The notes under the pieces were generated by a model. The model did no database searches. It had not been told where the DNA came from and saw only the letters and a program-made list of their open reading frames with translations. The position numbers were made by a program, and so were the translations under genes. A stretch of DNA of 64,000 bases, from positions 20,956,001 to 21,020,000 of the forward strand of contig NC_088859.1 of NCBI RefSeq assembly GCF_963853765.1, given 5' to 3'. Source of the DNA: Magallana gigas. Its lineage: Eukaryota. Positions 26,647-40,120 of the stretch are shown piece by piece (the stretch's first letter is position 1; every line of letters begins with the position of its first letter).

Positions 26647-28524
26647 CTGTTTAAAACAACTCAGTTTTTTTTGTTGAAATAGCTTGTAAATCTTGATTGC
26701 AGATGTCTAAACAAAACTAAAATGGTTTGGAAAGCTACCGCTAAATTTTCAATGGAAACGTTCATTCTCTTTTGAGTTTCACAAACACGTGATATTTTTC
26801 CATGAAAACTGATGGAAAAAACTTATTAAAAGACTGAAACCTTGTATATCACAATGCATACCTACAACATATTCACTGGGAAGAGTTTTTTAAAAGTCAT
26901 TGTTTCGAGGAATGTCAAAAATTGCACAATTTACAACCATCATAGAGCAGAAAAAATAGTGGACGTCAAACCACACCCAACGAAATTTGGACACCACCCA
27001 ATAGAGCAGTACAGTGGAGTAAGTCAAAAACTCAATTTCTTGTTTGAAACTGGGGCCATCATACTGAATGTAGATATTATATCAATTTATAAACATTAGC
27101 CTATATCAAAATAAAAATCCGTGGTTCCCTCATAACTATCATTAAAATCGGGAAAAAAAAACTCGAAAGAAAGAATTGTTACAAATTATTGATTTAATCA
27201 ATATTACTGATTTAAACTCATGCATTAAACTTTAAATTTTCTCATTTTTTACAATTTCATCATCAACAAAAAAACCAGTTGGATAAGGTCGCTGTGTTCA
27301 TCGATCTGCATGCTGTTGTCAACAGTCAAGAAAAGTACGTCAAAAATGAAAAGAAACCTGGAGTCATTCCAATATTAAAAAATCACGACAAAAAACTAAG
27401 TAGTTCATAAATGTACTTATATTCAATTTTTTATAAATTTTTCTTAAATTGTTTACGAATACCGCTCTATTAAATGTTTTGCTTCTAGAACTGTTTCGCC
27501 GAACTGCTTTCATTTGAGTTTCACTGCATGTTCGCAGAACGATTATGATCATTCAAAAAGCCTTACAAGATTACACCTTTACGACTTTATTGCATGTTGG
27601 GCGATTCTTCATTCCATAGAGACAACCAGCAAGATGTAAAATTCGATAGCATCTTTGAATAGAAGACTTTGGGAGAGCGATGGGCTCACGTATGGTAGAA
27701 GTAAAAACAAAGACAAAACTCGATAAAGATTTATCTTAGTTGAATCACAAAGCACGAACATAATCCCATTGAAACCCGAAACGAAACTACTTAGATAAAG
27801 AAAGCAGAACAAAGTGAAAATAGTTTATAATTGGTTTCAGATTTATTGATCTTGTTGATCCGATCAGAACTCAATTATGTATGAATAAAAATGTAGTTCA
27901 TTTTATCAGACCTCCAGGATGGAACATTACAAAAAGAGGATACATAAACAAGATAGGAGAGAGATTAAAACAAATAATGAAGCTTTTGATAATTTTCATT
28001 TTTTGCATAGCTGATGAAAGAACATGACAGTTTACACCAAAAATGGATGTCCGTTTATAAAGGCCTAATCGAAAATTATCTGTAAATGTGATGACTGTGT
28101 CAAATGAAAATTAATTTCATCTTTTGAAATAGTATCTTTTACAAATATTTCGTATAATTTTTATTGACTAATACATTACATTAATCACTGTTTTTCAATA
28201 GTAGCGTTAATCTATTCTTTACCTTAATGAAAATGCTCAAAACTTCTTTAGAAGACCACAAAGAACATTTCACGAAATGAATTGATTTGTATTCTTGCTG
28301 TAGTAGTATTATCAGTTTTATAACACCATGCATCCCTATTGACGCAACATATCCTCCTTCGTATAGGACAGACTTGAGTTCTTTCGAAAAACTACCATAC
28401 ATTTTAGGTTGTTCATATATCCTTTTGCTAAATCTTTCTGAAAGTTTTTATACCTTCCTTACGATAGTGTTTCTTCTTCATATTCATAAAAATATTATAA
28501 ACTTTGTAAAGCTGAACTGTAATG

Positions 28525-28683
28525 TATTCTCTTTTGAGAAGTGGACAGGCATAGCCTACATCCATGAAGAATCGCCCAACATGCAATAAAGTCGTAAAGG
28601 TGTAATCTTGTACGGTTTTTTGAATGATCATAATCGTTCTGCGAACATGTAGGCTATGCCTGTCCACTTCTCAAAAAAGAATA
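28525..28683. mobile_element. 159-bp TIR mini-element (MULE-like) carrying a captured inverted copy of local host DNA
   Basis: 37-bp TIRs (28525-28561 and 28647-28683, 1 mismatch); 10-bp direct repeat AACTGTAATG at 28515-28524 and 28684-28693; interior 28564-28649 equals the reverse complement of 27527-27612 with 2 mismatches. Confidence 0.85.
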
Positions 28684-31600
28684 AACTGTAATGTAGACAC
28701 TAGCTGGCTTTTTGCGTTTTCACGCATCAACAATACAAAAATTGAAATTGCTCAAATTTTTCACGATAAAATGTTTTGTGTTGACCAAAATTTTTATTTA
28801 ACAAAAATACTTAAAAGTACTAATTTAATGTCCTTAAAACAAGTAAAATCCTTTTAGTCTATTTCAAAATTTTAAAGTTCAAGTACTTCAATAACCAGTA
28901 TGCCTGAATCGTTGTCGTTTCTGGGAATAATCTTGACATGTATAAGACATTAAACGAGTCCAGTGCAAAACGAATCTTGGTAACTAGGAAAGTCTTATGT
29001 CTGATCAGGAACTAAGTCGATAATGAGACGAAAGCTGAGAACAAATGATAGGACTGTACAACACTTATAGAGCAGACAGAAAAATCACAGTTTAGTAAAT
29101 TTACAGTCTAGTCCAATACATCATTACGGAACGAACTTTGTTTGGCAATTTGTGTAATGGAATTATTATACTTACTACAAGAATATCTTTCGACAATTTC
29201 AAAGACAAAGATAAGAGACGATGACAATTCTCTTAATTTTGCTTTGTAATTTTGTGTATACTAGTATGTTAAACGTTAACTAGACACTGCTACTCCTTTT
29301 TGTGTTTTGAAAATAATAGAAATGCATAAAACAGAATTTCCATTTGACTAATGCAATACAAATGAGTTGTCCACGGGAATGCAATTTGGACCATAAAACA
29401 AATTCATTACACATTTATTTCCTGCAAAACTGTCGATTTATCTCGGATTTAATTACCGAGTCATTCATTTCTAGAGTTACGAAAAGAGCCAAATTATAAA
29501 AAAGAAATTAAGCCAAAAATTAAAACCGCGATTAATGCTGTTTGTTCAATAAATTAGAAAAGGAATCATTTCTGTGAAGGCGAGCGTAAAGATGTCAATT
29601 AATGATAATTTAATTGACCGTATCTCTCCCTCCATTGATGAAATAATTGAATACAATAATAATAAGTTAACTGCTTAATTGAATTTGAATGAAAAAAATT
29701 TGAAAGTAGACAACGCTATGGAAACACTCCTCCAACTTTCAATAGTCGATAGTCATGCACTGGCGTCATATCTATTGAATTGTCTCTGAATTAAGTAACT
29801 TTTATTACTTTTGGAAATTGCCATTTTTCAAATGTTTCCATTTTTTTTAAACCGATGATTCATGTTTCAGAAGCTAAACAGGCATTTTCAAAGATTGAAC
29901 GAGCAATATATGTCCACACTTAGTATTTATACGATGTTAATCAAATGATTTACTATTTGTATTTCTCCAAATACGTTTTTGTTAGAATTTTCCATGTAAA
30001 AAGAATGAAATTGCGTAAAATATCTATCTGTAAAAAAATTGGTTGGAAGAGACAATCAATACTTAACACTGACACATCTCTTCCTTATATTGAATTTATA
30101 AGCATATTTGGAAGTCTAAATTAAACGTCATTCTGCAACATAACTGGGTGTTCCGATCAGTTCACAAAGATTATAATTAAAATGAACATGTATTCCACCA
30201 TGTGGCCACTTCAAAATGCTATTCATTATCTAAGGGGAAAAAACCATGATCAAAAAAGTAGGGATTTAAAAAAAAAATAAAATAAAAAAATAAAGAAATG
30301 CATACACAGTAGAATTTATACGTAAGCTTCCCAGAAAACACCTTTTTAAACAATAAAAAGCTTTCTCTTGGTAATTAAAGCGGGTATGAAGGTAGCGTGC
30401 AAACATGGTTTTTTCCATAATAGTCACTACCTTTAAAACTAGCCTGTCTGAATCCTGAAAGAGGCATTTGTTCATAAATGCGTCTTAATTTAAATGTTTC
30501 ATTAATTATACATGATTATAAATGATTCAAATCAATTTGCATAAACAGGAAGTGATAAAAACTCAATATTTGACAAACATGACTAGAAAGACGGATTTAA
30601 ATCTTAACACTCGCGGTTTTGCCTGTCAAACACGCTGATGTAGGAATAACATATAACCTCCATAAATTTCATATCGACTATAACATTCTTTACTAAATTC
30701 AATTAATCAATAGATCCATCAATTCAATTACATCAATCAATCAGTGAATAAATTTTCGACAATGCGAGAATATCTTTTTCGTATACTAGTACGCAATTCA
30801 TTTTAAAGGCAAATGGACACCATTGGCTCGTCGAGGAATTGTGTCTTTAAACAAAATGAATGAATGAAGTTTACCAATTTGGTTCTATAATAGCTTTTCC
30901 TCCCTATCCGAACGTTTTTACGTTATCAAACACATTTTATATTTTATAAAAAGAGACAAGTGATAACCGTCCACAAATTTGCTAATCAGCCTGTTAAAAT
31001 TTTGTGTGGAGTACATCATGGTATTCCAAATAAACGAAAATTGTCAACTGATGTTTGTTTACGATGTGACCTTTGCGCACGAATCTCATGATCGACAACC
31101 GACCGATCACTGCAGAAATTCTACTGGAGGAAAGGTTGCTAAATAACCAATTACATGTATAAATAGAGATCTGCATACACAGCTGTAGCCAAACTTATTA
31201 CTGAAGAATGTACACACAGGCGTAAGTCAAGAATACATCTGGGCAGTCTGACATCGCTAAGAGTGCAGTGTTCCCAGTGCATTTCGTTTAACTCCTAGAG
31301 GATGGTGCCAGAATGAGATACACCGGTATGTCAGAGATATAAAATCTCGATTTATGATCGAATTGTAAGGCATGAACTTTCATAAAACAGCGGGAGTCAA
31401 ATCAAGTTCCTTTTTCCAAGTTCCAAGTTCCTTTTTCCTGTCTAACATTTGCCGATGATTGCACTGTTAATTGAGAAGTAGCTGAACTTGTGACTGAGTA
31501 ACAATTACTTTTTAACAAAACTGCAAGTGATTTTTTCCGCCATGAAGCAAGTTAAAAAAAACTCTTTAAGTGTTAGAATTTCCACATAAGAAACAAATGA

Positions 31601-33343
31601 ATATATATGCAAATAAATAAGCACTTGTTTCGAATATTTTGAATATTAAGTTGCCATATTGCTTTATTGCACAGAATAATAACATATATGGTTTGCCATT
31701 TTGATTTACATACTTATGTGTTCGTACACGAGAAAAGAAAAAGCTAAATATCATGCAATATATCTGACATTTTACTGGCAACTTAGCACACGTTATCAAT
31801 AAAGGTATAACCCACAAAACAACAGACACAACACAGGGATCTCCAAGCACCTGCCAGGCTTCTTCTTAGTATCATCGGCAGCAAGTTCGCTGTAAACAAG
31901 CTATTTCCTTTATTAAATTAACAGCAACGGCAACACTTACATGCAGAGTTCTTCATTAACAGTGTACTTTTCATCCTAATACTAAAAGACTCGTCTCTCA
32001 TTAAATAAGATGAACGTAACACTGTGCATTATTACCACATGGCAAGGACAAAGATGAACATGTATTAGATATAACACACGGTGTTATAGGCAGACAGAAT
32101 GCAAAAAAAATCATGATTTGGTTCAATTGGTTTACAGCACATAAATTGAACGCATTGTTTCTCTTCTGAACAAAACGACATCTTTAATGGTCTTTACCAT
32201 CTAAATTTTAAAGCATTAGAACACTAACTCAGTCCCTATTATTCGTCTTTAGACAGAAATTTGATTTGCATAAAAGCCTTCTAGTTACCAACAAAATAGC
32301 CCTCTAGTTACTTAATGAAAGATGACAACTAATTCGTGGAAGATACAACATACACAAATATGATGCCAAAATCACCATATCTGCAAAATTAAAGAAAAGA
32401 AGGTTATGGCAGTTCCAATCCTGACCAATTAATTTAAAAAATTCTAGTATTTGCAAACGTTTGTAATATTTCCTAATTAACACTCTTATGTAAAAAAATG
32501 TTTATATATACTGGGAAACTTGTGTTAGCATGTTTGATTATGTAAATCATGGGTTTTTAATGAAGTAGATCCGTGGGGGAAAACTATCTCTTCCTGAGCT
32601 TGAAGAATCATATTGAGATTTCAAAGAACACATATGAATGCTAAACAAATGTTAGAGGTGGAGCAATTGTCTGGAAAAGAATTGCACAATGTAATGCAAG
32701 TTTAAATTGTAGATTTAGCAGCATTAATTGTTTGCGTCAGCATATGATGCAAGTAATTGATCTGTCTGTGTTAATCCATGCTCTCCAATTTCCCTGCAGT
32801 AATTGACTTCTGCAAAATATTTACTGAAGTTCTGGAATAACACTAACGATTAGACAGTTTCTTCCGCAACCTGAAATGTAAAAACCTCTAAAAATACCGT
32901 AATAAAAGTTCACACTGGAATATCCAAGGGATGCACATGCAGGTTTTTTTTTTAAGTTAAGAAGTTCGGAAGAAATGTTGTCTTGACAGTTTTAACAGGT
33001 TTAACTGCCACTCTATTGACTGTTGGATCTCCAAAAACAACGAAAAAACAAGATTGTTTTCGCAAAAGCGACTCTAAGGAATATTATTATCTTCTGGGCT
33101 TTGAACATTAAAATAGTGATTTTAGAAAGAGAAGGAGAAACAAATTTATCTGATTTTTAAGACTAAGTCTACAGATGTACTTTAAAGCCAATGATTCAGT
33201 GTCAGTTTTTATATGACATCAGTTCAATAATAAAATTAGTCAGCACTGACAAATGTGAAATTTTAACGTTAGCAGACAGGGTTCACACTGTGTTGGAAGA
33301 TATCACACTGTATAAACTTAAGATATTCACAAGGCTTTTTAGA

Positions 33344-33349
<6 letters not shown>

Positions 33350-33400
<51 letters not shown>
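33350..33400. repeat. (TC)n microsatellite
   Basis: Direct reading. Confidence 0.95.
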
Positions 33401-33402
<2 letters not shown>

Positions 33403-36400
33403 GTTTGATTAGGGTTTATTTCCCCCCAATTTCATAATTTACAATGGTTGTTTCTATTTCACATTGGTGGGTCTTCTCAAACAACCTTCTAATGAGGATT
33501 AATCTCATTCCCCTGGGTCTTAACAACCTGCTAATTAAAAAAAAATAATTGTGTTCTCATCTCCTTCATACAGGTGTTTCCCAAAAATGTGATGAATTTT
33601 ATTTTTGCATCCAGTTCTAACTCTATATTATTCACGTACAGGCGGTTCGTGGTCATTTGGAATTCTTACAAGGGCTATATACAAACTTCTCTTATAGTTT
33701 TCAGCCCACACCACATACTTTGCATAAGTTTTTTTTAGCATTACATAAAAAGCTACTGTGTTCTTCTTTTTCTGAGAAACCGTTTAGTCCAGTAAGTGAA
33801 AAGAGTTTTCAAATAAAATAAAGTGACCATACAATTATTTTAACTCATCTAATGTACAAAGGTCTTTAAATGAAAATTTTCAAAGGTTATATTACATGAC
33901 TTTGTTAAAATAACATGCCAGATGAATACTGGGGATGTCTGTGTTCTCTGAATATGTGGTACGAAGGAATGGCAGAAATAGTTCATCATATTAAAAGAAA
34001 TACACACAGAGGAGAGTAGTTCTTGGAAAATCTTTCATGCCATACACAAGGAACAGAGATTGGCCAAGATGCAAAGCCTGTAAAATAAAAGTAAGATTTA
34101 CAATATAGAATAAGCTGGTAAAATGACAATATAATTATCGTAACCTCAGCTTGAATATCATATGAACAGCACTAGCTAGAAAGGGCTGACAAACACAGGG
34201 ACAGACATTTAACTAACACACACACATGACAAAAGGACAAGGGCAAAGACAAAACGATACAAGGACACTCAATGAAAAATACAAGATCATTTTTAATATT
34301 TACTCTTTCAAAACAAATCCTTGATTTAGAGAAGAAATTGAATTGCATCAAATTTTAATCTTACAACTTTTATCTAGTTGTCTTTGTTGCAAATTTTATT
34401 AAAATCAGGCCAGGAAACCTGAAGACAAAAGATCTCCGACAATCTTCTTTATGATTAAAGGCATTTATTCACAACATTATCAGATGAAAGATATGTTCAA
34501 ATACCAAAATTTTCTGCTTATACAGCTAAACCTATGATCTTTTAAATTAGATTTTTCATATCGTGTACTTCAGTAAGTTCAAAACATCATCAGTTGGCTT
34601 TATTTTGGATTCAAGCAACTGCTAGACTGTGGTTTTTGGAGATTTTAACAAAATTTGCATTGTTTTGTAAGAGATGATATAGGGTTTACGAGAACACCAC
34701 CCAAAAACCAGGTTGGATCTTCACAGCTGATCCAAGGTACAGTTTTTCCCTGTTACATAATATTTCATAATGAATGCTTTGTATCTCTTGTAACTGAACA
34801 TGCTTAAAGACACGTGCTAATTAACTGGTGCAGACAAGTCACTCGGATGCCAAATCCTCCAAGAAAGTGTTTTTAAACATTTCACAACTGGAAGCTATTA
34901 AAGGACGCATCCTCACTTCAACTGTTTGTCACATGAATTAAGTTGAATTTCAGACACAATTTTGTACAGAGAAACAAACATCACATAAAAATTCAACTTA
35001 AAGTTTGATAATATGAGTCTAATGATATAATGTCAACTGTACAAAAGAGGCTATTATAAATTTCAGCAATATTCTGATACAGGTCTACATTACATATATA
35101 CCTACCATGGCAATGTAAAATAGCTGCTACATATATATGTGCACAAAGAGCCTACGTTTTAGAACTTCAATGTTTTAGACAACAAATTTTAGGGCAGTAA
35201 AATAGGCTTTATTTGCATCATCAACAGAAAAAGTTATTCATAAGGGTCTATCAACAACCTTTTTTTTCTGATTCATCACTGGCTCATATATACGACAAAA
35301 ATCTGTAAGTGTTTGCTTTTGAATGTTAATGAAATCACATACAACTCCCATAAAAATAAATCATAATTTAATCTATGTATAAATCACCAATCTTTATGCT
35401 ATTTTATAGCTAGGTGCCATAAAACAGGGCAATAGAAAAGAAAAACTGAGCACTTTACACCCAAGTCCTGGAGTTACTATTATACTGATTACCGGCGGGA
35501 ATTAAAATGACTTGTTTTTGCACCATAATTCACTGTATCGGTATTCATCAAAACAATGTTTTACTGTATAGATGAAAATCAAGCTTGCTTGATTTATGCA
35601 TTATTTAGTCTATGATACAGAACAAATTTGACAAAATGATAAATATTTGAAAACAAATAACAATAAAACATACAGTATTTCACACTGATAGTTTGGTCTT
35701 GTTTTCTTTCACTCTTTTTAAATATTTAATTGCTAATTATTGCTCCATAACAGTTTACGACATGGTTGGTGGTTTTGTATTATCGAGGCTCTCAATCACC
35801 TTGAACACCCAGAGAGAACCCGGGAGCTTCATATTAAACTCCTTCAGCTGCTAAATAGCCTTGGAAATGGCTTTATTATGAAAAACTTTGGTCACATTTA
35901 AAATGGTCTCAAGACTCGCATTGTCTGCAGCAAAACGGAGTCTTCTATCTGCAAAAAACAAGAGAGAGTATACAAATTGTTGGGTTTTTTCCCTTTGTCG
36001 CCAAATTGGTTTCAAATTTTCTATTAGAGAAGTAACAAATGGTACGAAATATCGGGCCTTTTGTTTGAACACTGATGCTTGATATGACCATACAGAGTTT
36101 AATTGAATTAAGTGCCCCATTCATTGTGGTAGGCCATTTATAAAAAAAAAAGAAGCTGGAAATCAAAGACAGGAGTAAATATTGTAGCACTTGATGCTTT
36201 AAGCACTCTACAGCCAAATATTGGGCAGAGTTCCTGACTCTTGTGGCTGGTTAGGTTTACATTTTCTTTGATAAATATTAGCACTATTGGTGCTCTTTGG
36301 CAGGCATTCAAGCCAAACTAGCTACTTGAAACTAAATAAAAACCCGGTACACATCGATCACAGAACACCCTCAATGCTTCACAGTAATACTGCTATTTAT

Positions 36401-38389
36401 ACCCTTATGATAATTAATCCTCAGACAGACTAAAAATCACACAGCTCACATTTTTTCTCTGCCCCCTCTTAAGTGTTCTGTTGACAATGAAGGATGTGCA
36501 TACACACTTCTGTGAATGATGAAAATCAAGGGTTTTTTGGTGTGCCTGTTATTAACCAATGGAAAGTCAACACAAACAAATTAAGCCACTTAAAGAATTA
36601 CAAGATGTCATTAGCAGGTGAGCAAATATTTCAATTACAGCTCTACATTAAATCAATTTCAGTGAAAATGACGGAACAAAGTCTGGATTCGGAGGTTGCA
36701 TTTGCCATTTACCATTAACCTTCACCTAAAATTGTGGACATGCAAATACATGCTATAAATATACGCAAATGAAGCTTTATAGAATAGAATATTGTAGAAG
36801 ACGTACAATGCATAAAATTCTTTTATAAATTACAGAAATTCAACACTTTCAAATACAGGCCATTTAAGGTCAAAATACTTTTAAAACAAAAGGCAAAATT
36901 GAAAATCAATGAAGTTCTCAATTTCTATCCGGTTTTTGATTTAAATTTTACAGTAGATCTGATATAGTTGTTCAAAACGTTTGACAATTTGTTCTGCTCA
37001 AGTAATACAATGCCGAAAAACCATATAAAATACATCCATATATTAATCAGAGTTAATCAAGCAAATATTGTCATATATAAAAACAGTAACAGGAACTTGA
37101 GTTCTCCTATTTCAGTAAAGTTTGTATGTAAAACTGATTTTATCACAGTGGGGTCTGCAACATTATCATTTAAATTTTATTGATCATTGAATTCATGAGC
37201 AAAATCTAGCTAGGAATCCATGTTCCCATAAAATTGTTATCTGACACTTATTCTCGTCTTACAGGGGTATAATTATCATTTCTCAGTTAATTGATTTCAG
37301 ACACAAAAACGAGTACATTATTGAATTTACGTAAGATACAGTCTTTCCTGCTTCTGCAACACAAACCTTTTACTCAGTTGACCAAGTCTTTTATGCTATA
37401 CAAACCCAAAACATCAATGCATCAATACTATATAGTACTTTAAATATTTGGTTAAACTACTCTAAAGAAACTGGAGCGTGTGCATATCCATTAATATGTC
37501 AAATGATACAAGGTGCTCACAATTCAATGTCATTTCTGACTTTGTCTTTTCGCAGGGAGTGTACTTTATGTGTGTGTATATTATTTTTTGGGGTTGAAAA
37601 AGGTACTTTAAAATCGGTAATTATTTCAGAGAAAAAAAATATTTAAAAGAGCTTAAAGTACAACATAAATAGTCAAAGGGTAAAACTTTAAATGTATACA
37701 CCAGATATCTAACGATGGAAATGAGGTCTATCATTCTTTACAAGTTCGTGCATTTGGTTATGCTGATGCCTGCAGTGTATATAAAAGTTGACTGTTTTCC
37801 CAAAGACCAAGGGCAATAACTCTGAAACCAAATCATCAAAATATTTAGCAACATGAGTTCGATATGCGAAACTCAGTAAATCAAAAAGTTACTACCACAT
37901 AAAATGTATCAACTTAATCACAATGCATTCATCTCTGGGTATTTTGGCACTAATTAATCATGACTGTAATTATTCAATGTCTGCCAACAATCAAGAAGTA
38001 TTGTGGTTACCAGTATTATTGTAATAAATCTAACCTTTTAGGTTATTTAGGATATATTTAGGATTATAAAACAGGTTTATTTCATTTTGTGTCATTTGGT
38101 TTATAAGAATAAATAATAAGAACATCCACACATGCTTGACCCTGCATTGAGGATAATCTTCTTGAATAAATATAATTTGATAAAATAAACTCGAGTTAAA
38201 CTGTGAGTGAGTGGAGCATTAATTAGAGTTTAAGTAAAGTAACTTCAAATTATTAATTAATGTTAAACAGGTCCAATGATTCTAGAACATGTAATCAAAG
38301 GGAAGTTATACATTTTTTGTTGATCTGTTGTATGTACAAGTATTGAGACATTTCAAAATGGGGGTTGGGGGTTGGGGTTGGGTCTGAAG

Positions 38390-38391
<2 letters not shown>

Positions 38392-38450
<59 letters not shown>
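38392..38450. repeat. (TA)n microsatellite inside a decayed MITE-like segment, preceded by a G-tract motif
   Basis: Direct reading; G5-TT-G5-TT-G4-TT-G3 at 38360-38382. Confidence 0.9.
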
Positions 38451-38455
<5 letters not shown>

Positions 38456-39514
38456 TTCAGGGGTGGTCCGATGGTTATTTGAGTTTTCCAGGGGGTCGGA
38501 GGCATATTTTTGGTACAATGTAATTTTATAATGTAATTCAAAGAAATTTGAATTTTGTAGGGAGGGGGAACCCTAGCCTCCCTTTATAGATGCATGCATG
38601 CATGCATTATAAGTGCGAAATCGTAATCTGAGTATGTGGCTAAAAAATTGACTTGCTGAACATGCTAAACTTCTATAGTAATGAAAAGAATAAAATATAT
38701 ATTATCAGAGACATAAATAAATAATAAGTTATTTTTGTCTCTGATATTTTAAGTTAAAAGTTTTATGTCAAAGATCTTAAATAAAATTTGTTCTCAGGAT
38801 TAGAAGTAATGAAGACGACTACATTATGCAATGAAGTCGGTCGTCATAGAAATTATCAGAGTACTGCAAGTGTCGACAGTTTATTTTACCATAGTTTAAT
38901 GGACTTGCAGACTATAATAAAGCGACTTTTTTGTCTCTCAAAAATGTATGCACCTCTTAAAGTTCCACATAATTGCGATAGATATATGTTTTTGGGGATT
39001 TTATTTATTGCTATATATGCACATTGATTTAAAAAAATTCATTGAAGTTGTGTAGTATGTGGTTGTATTGCAACTTCATTAAATCTGGCTTGTCAAAATG
39101 GGAGATTGTTAACTTGTAGCTTGTTAACTCTGAAAAAGTCTAGAACAGAAGAAATAAATTATTAATGGCTTTCGCTACATCTTTTTATTTATGTGTACGA
39201 GTACATAAAGCTACATGTACCTTAAATTTTGTTTCACTATATCAAACAGTGTTGTTTTCCTTAACCTAAAATTTAGATCTATAGAAATTCAGTATCTAAC
39301 TTCTCAAAAGCTTTGATACCTTACCACTTGGAAATCATTTAGTGATGCAAATTGACAGATGCCAATAAAAGGACATCATTGGAACCCAAGGGTTCCGATG
39401 ATGAGGAGAATTCAAATGTGCATACAAATCATACATTTACATGGATATTTATATGTGATATGATAAATATTATTAAAAATATTGGTCGTTTTTTGTGCAA
39501 ACAGGCGAAAGGGA

Positions 39515-40120
39515 TTTTTATACCCCACGAAAATAAATGGGGGGGAGGGGGGGTAAATAGGAATCACTTTTTGTCCGTCCTTCCGTCTATCTGTGCAAAA
39601 TTCGTGTCCGGTCTATATCTTTCTGATGGAGAAACATTATAAGTTCTTAATGCATACAAATCATTTGGACAAAGTAAAGGTCACTGGCAGGAAAAGTGCA
39701 AAATTTGTTTCCGGTCCACTTTGGAATTTCTTACTTCACACAAAGATTGCTTATGACCTGAGAGTGTGTAATGATTTGTCCCTTGTCAATGAACGAGATA
39801 CATTGGGAGTTTCTATTTCATAAAAAGATTCCTTAAGACCGATTATGTGTCATTAAACTTGACCCAGGGTCAGTTGCGCAAGTTTAAAGTCATATGAAAA
39901 AATGCTTTATTCCTGTCTGTGTCATATCTTGTATAAATGGAAATGAGTAAAAGCTAAAGTTTGATATAAAGATTGCTTGTAACCTGTAAATATACCCTGC
40001 CTTGTCTGACTCACTATAAGAAAAAAAGCATCCATTTTTCTCTAATAGAGAAATACTTGAGTTAAAATTCTTTTCTTAGCTGGGGTATCATCTGTGAGCT
40101 TGCTAACAGTACCTTTTAGA
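39515..40120 (-). mobile_element. Non-autonomous Helentron-like (HINE) element, decayed
   Basis: TTTTTATACCCC...GGGGGTA hairpin-like end, (GTCC/GTCT) short repeats, CCTTGACCCAGG-type internal motifs and a GGGGTATCATCTGTGAGCTTGCT end motif resembling bivalve HINEs (recognised from memory). Confidence 0.55.

Larger units (their letters stand above)
25720..35948 (-). pseudogene. BFAR: Partial unprocessed BFAR pseudogene (exons 4-7 only). Exon remnants 35800-35948, 33919-34077, 26866-27063, about 25720-25876
   Basis: Each remnant aligns to a BFAR exon at 48995-54871 with flanking intron homology. Exon 4 TGG>TAG (35851-35853); exon 5 GAA>TAA (33991-33993) and donor GT>GC; exon 6 +1 T frameshift; exon 7 has a 14-nt deletion plus two 1-nt deletions. 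No homologs of exons 1-3 (RING) found by eye upstream. Confidence 0.9.

Noticed and set aside
31566-31925. ORF MLGDPCVVSV... and an alternative-frame ELAADDTKKKPGRC mini-exon reminiscent of a WAP start
   Set aside because: The Cys pattern does not continue, there are no partner exons, and it lies in the pseudogene intron.
25720-35948. BFAR duplicate as an uncollapsed allelic haplotype
   Set aside because: About 9-16% exon divergence, independent lesions in every exon and different transposon content are too much for allelism, although read-depth confirmation is still desirable.
35945-36320. Long minus-strand open frame upstream of pseudo-exon 4 as a diverged BFAR exon 3
   Set aside because: No similarity to the SAM-encoding exon at 56175-56331, and it runs through the acceptor out of frame.
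16346-38541. ORFs with SLSLSL or IYIYIY runs (16346-16561, 33191-33412, 38306-38518, 38353-38541)
   Set aside because: They are translations of (GA)n, (TC)n and (TA)n microsatellites.
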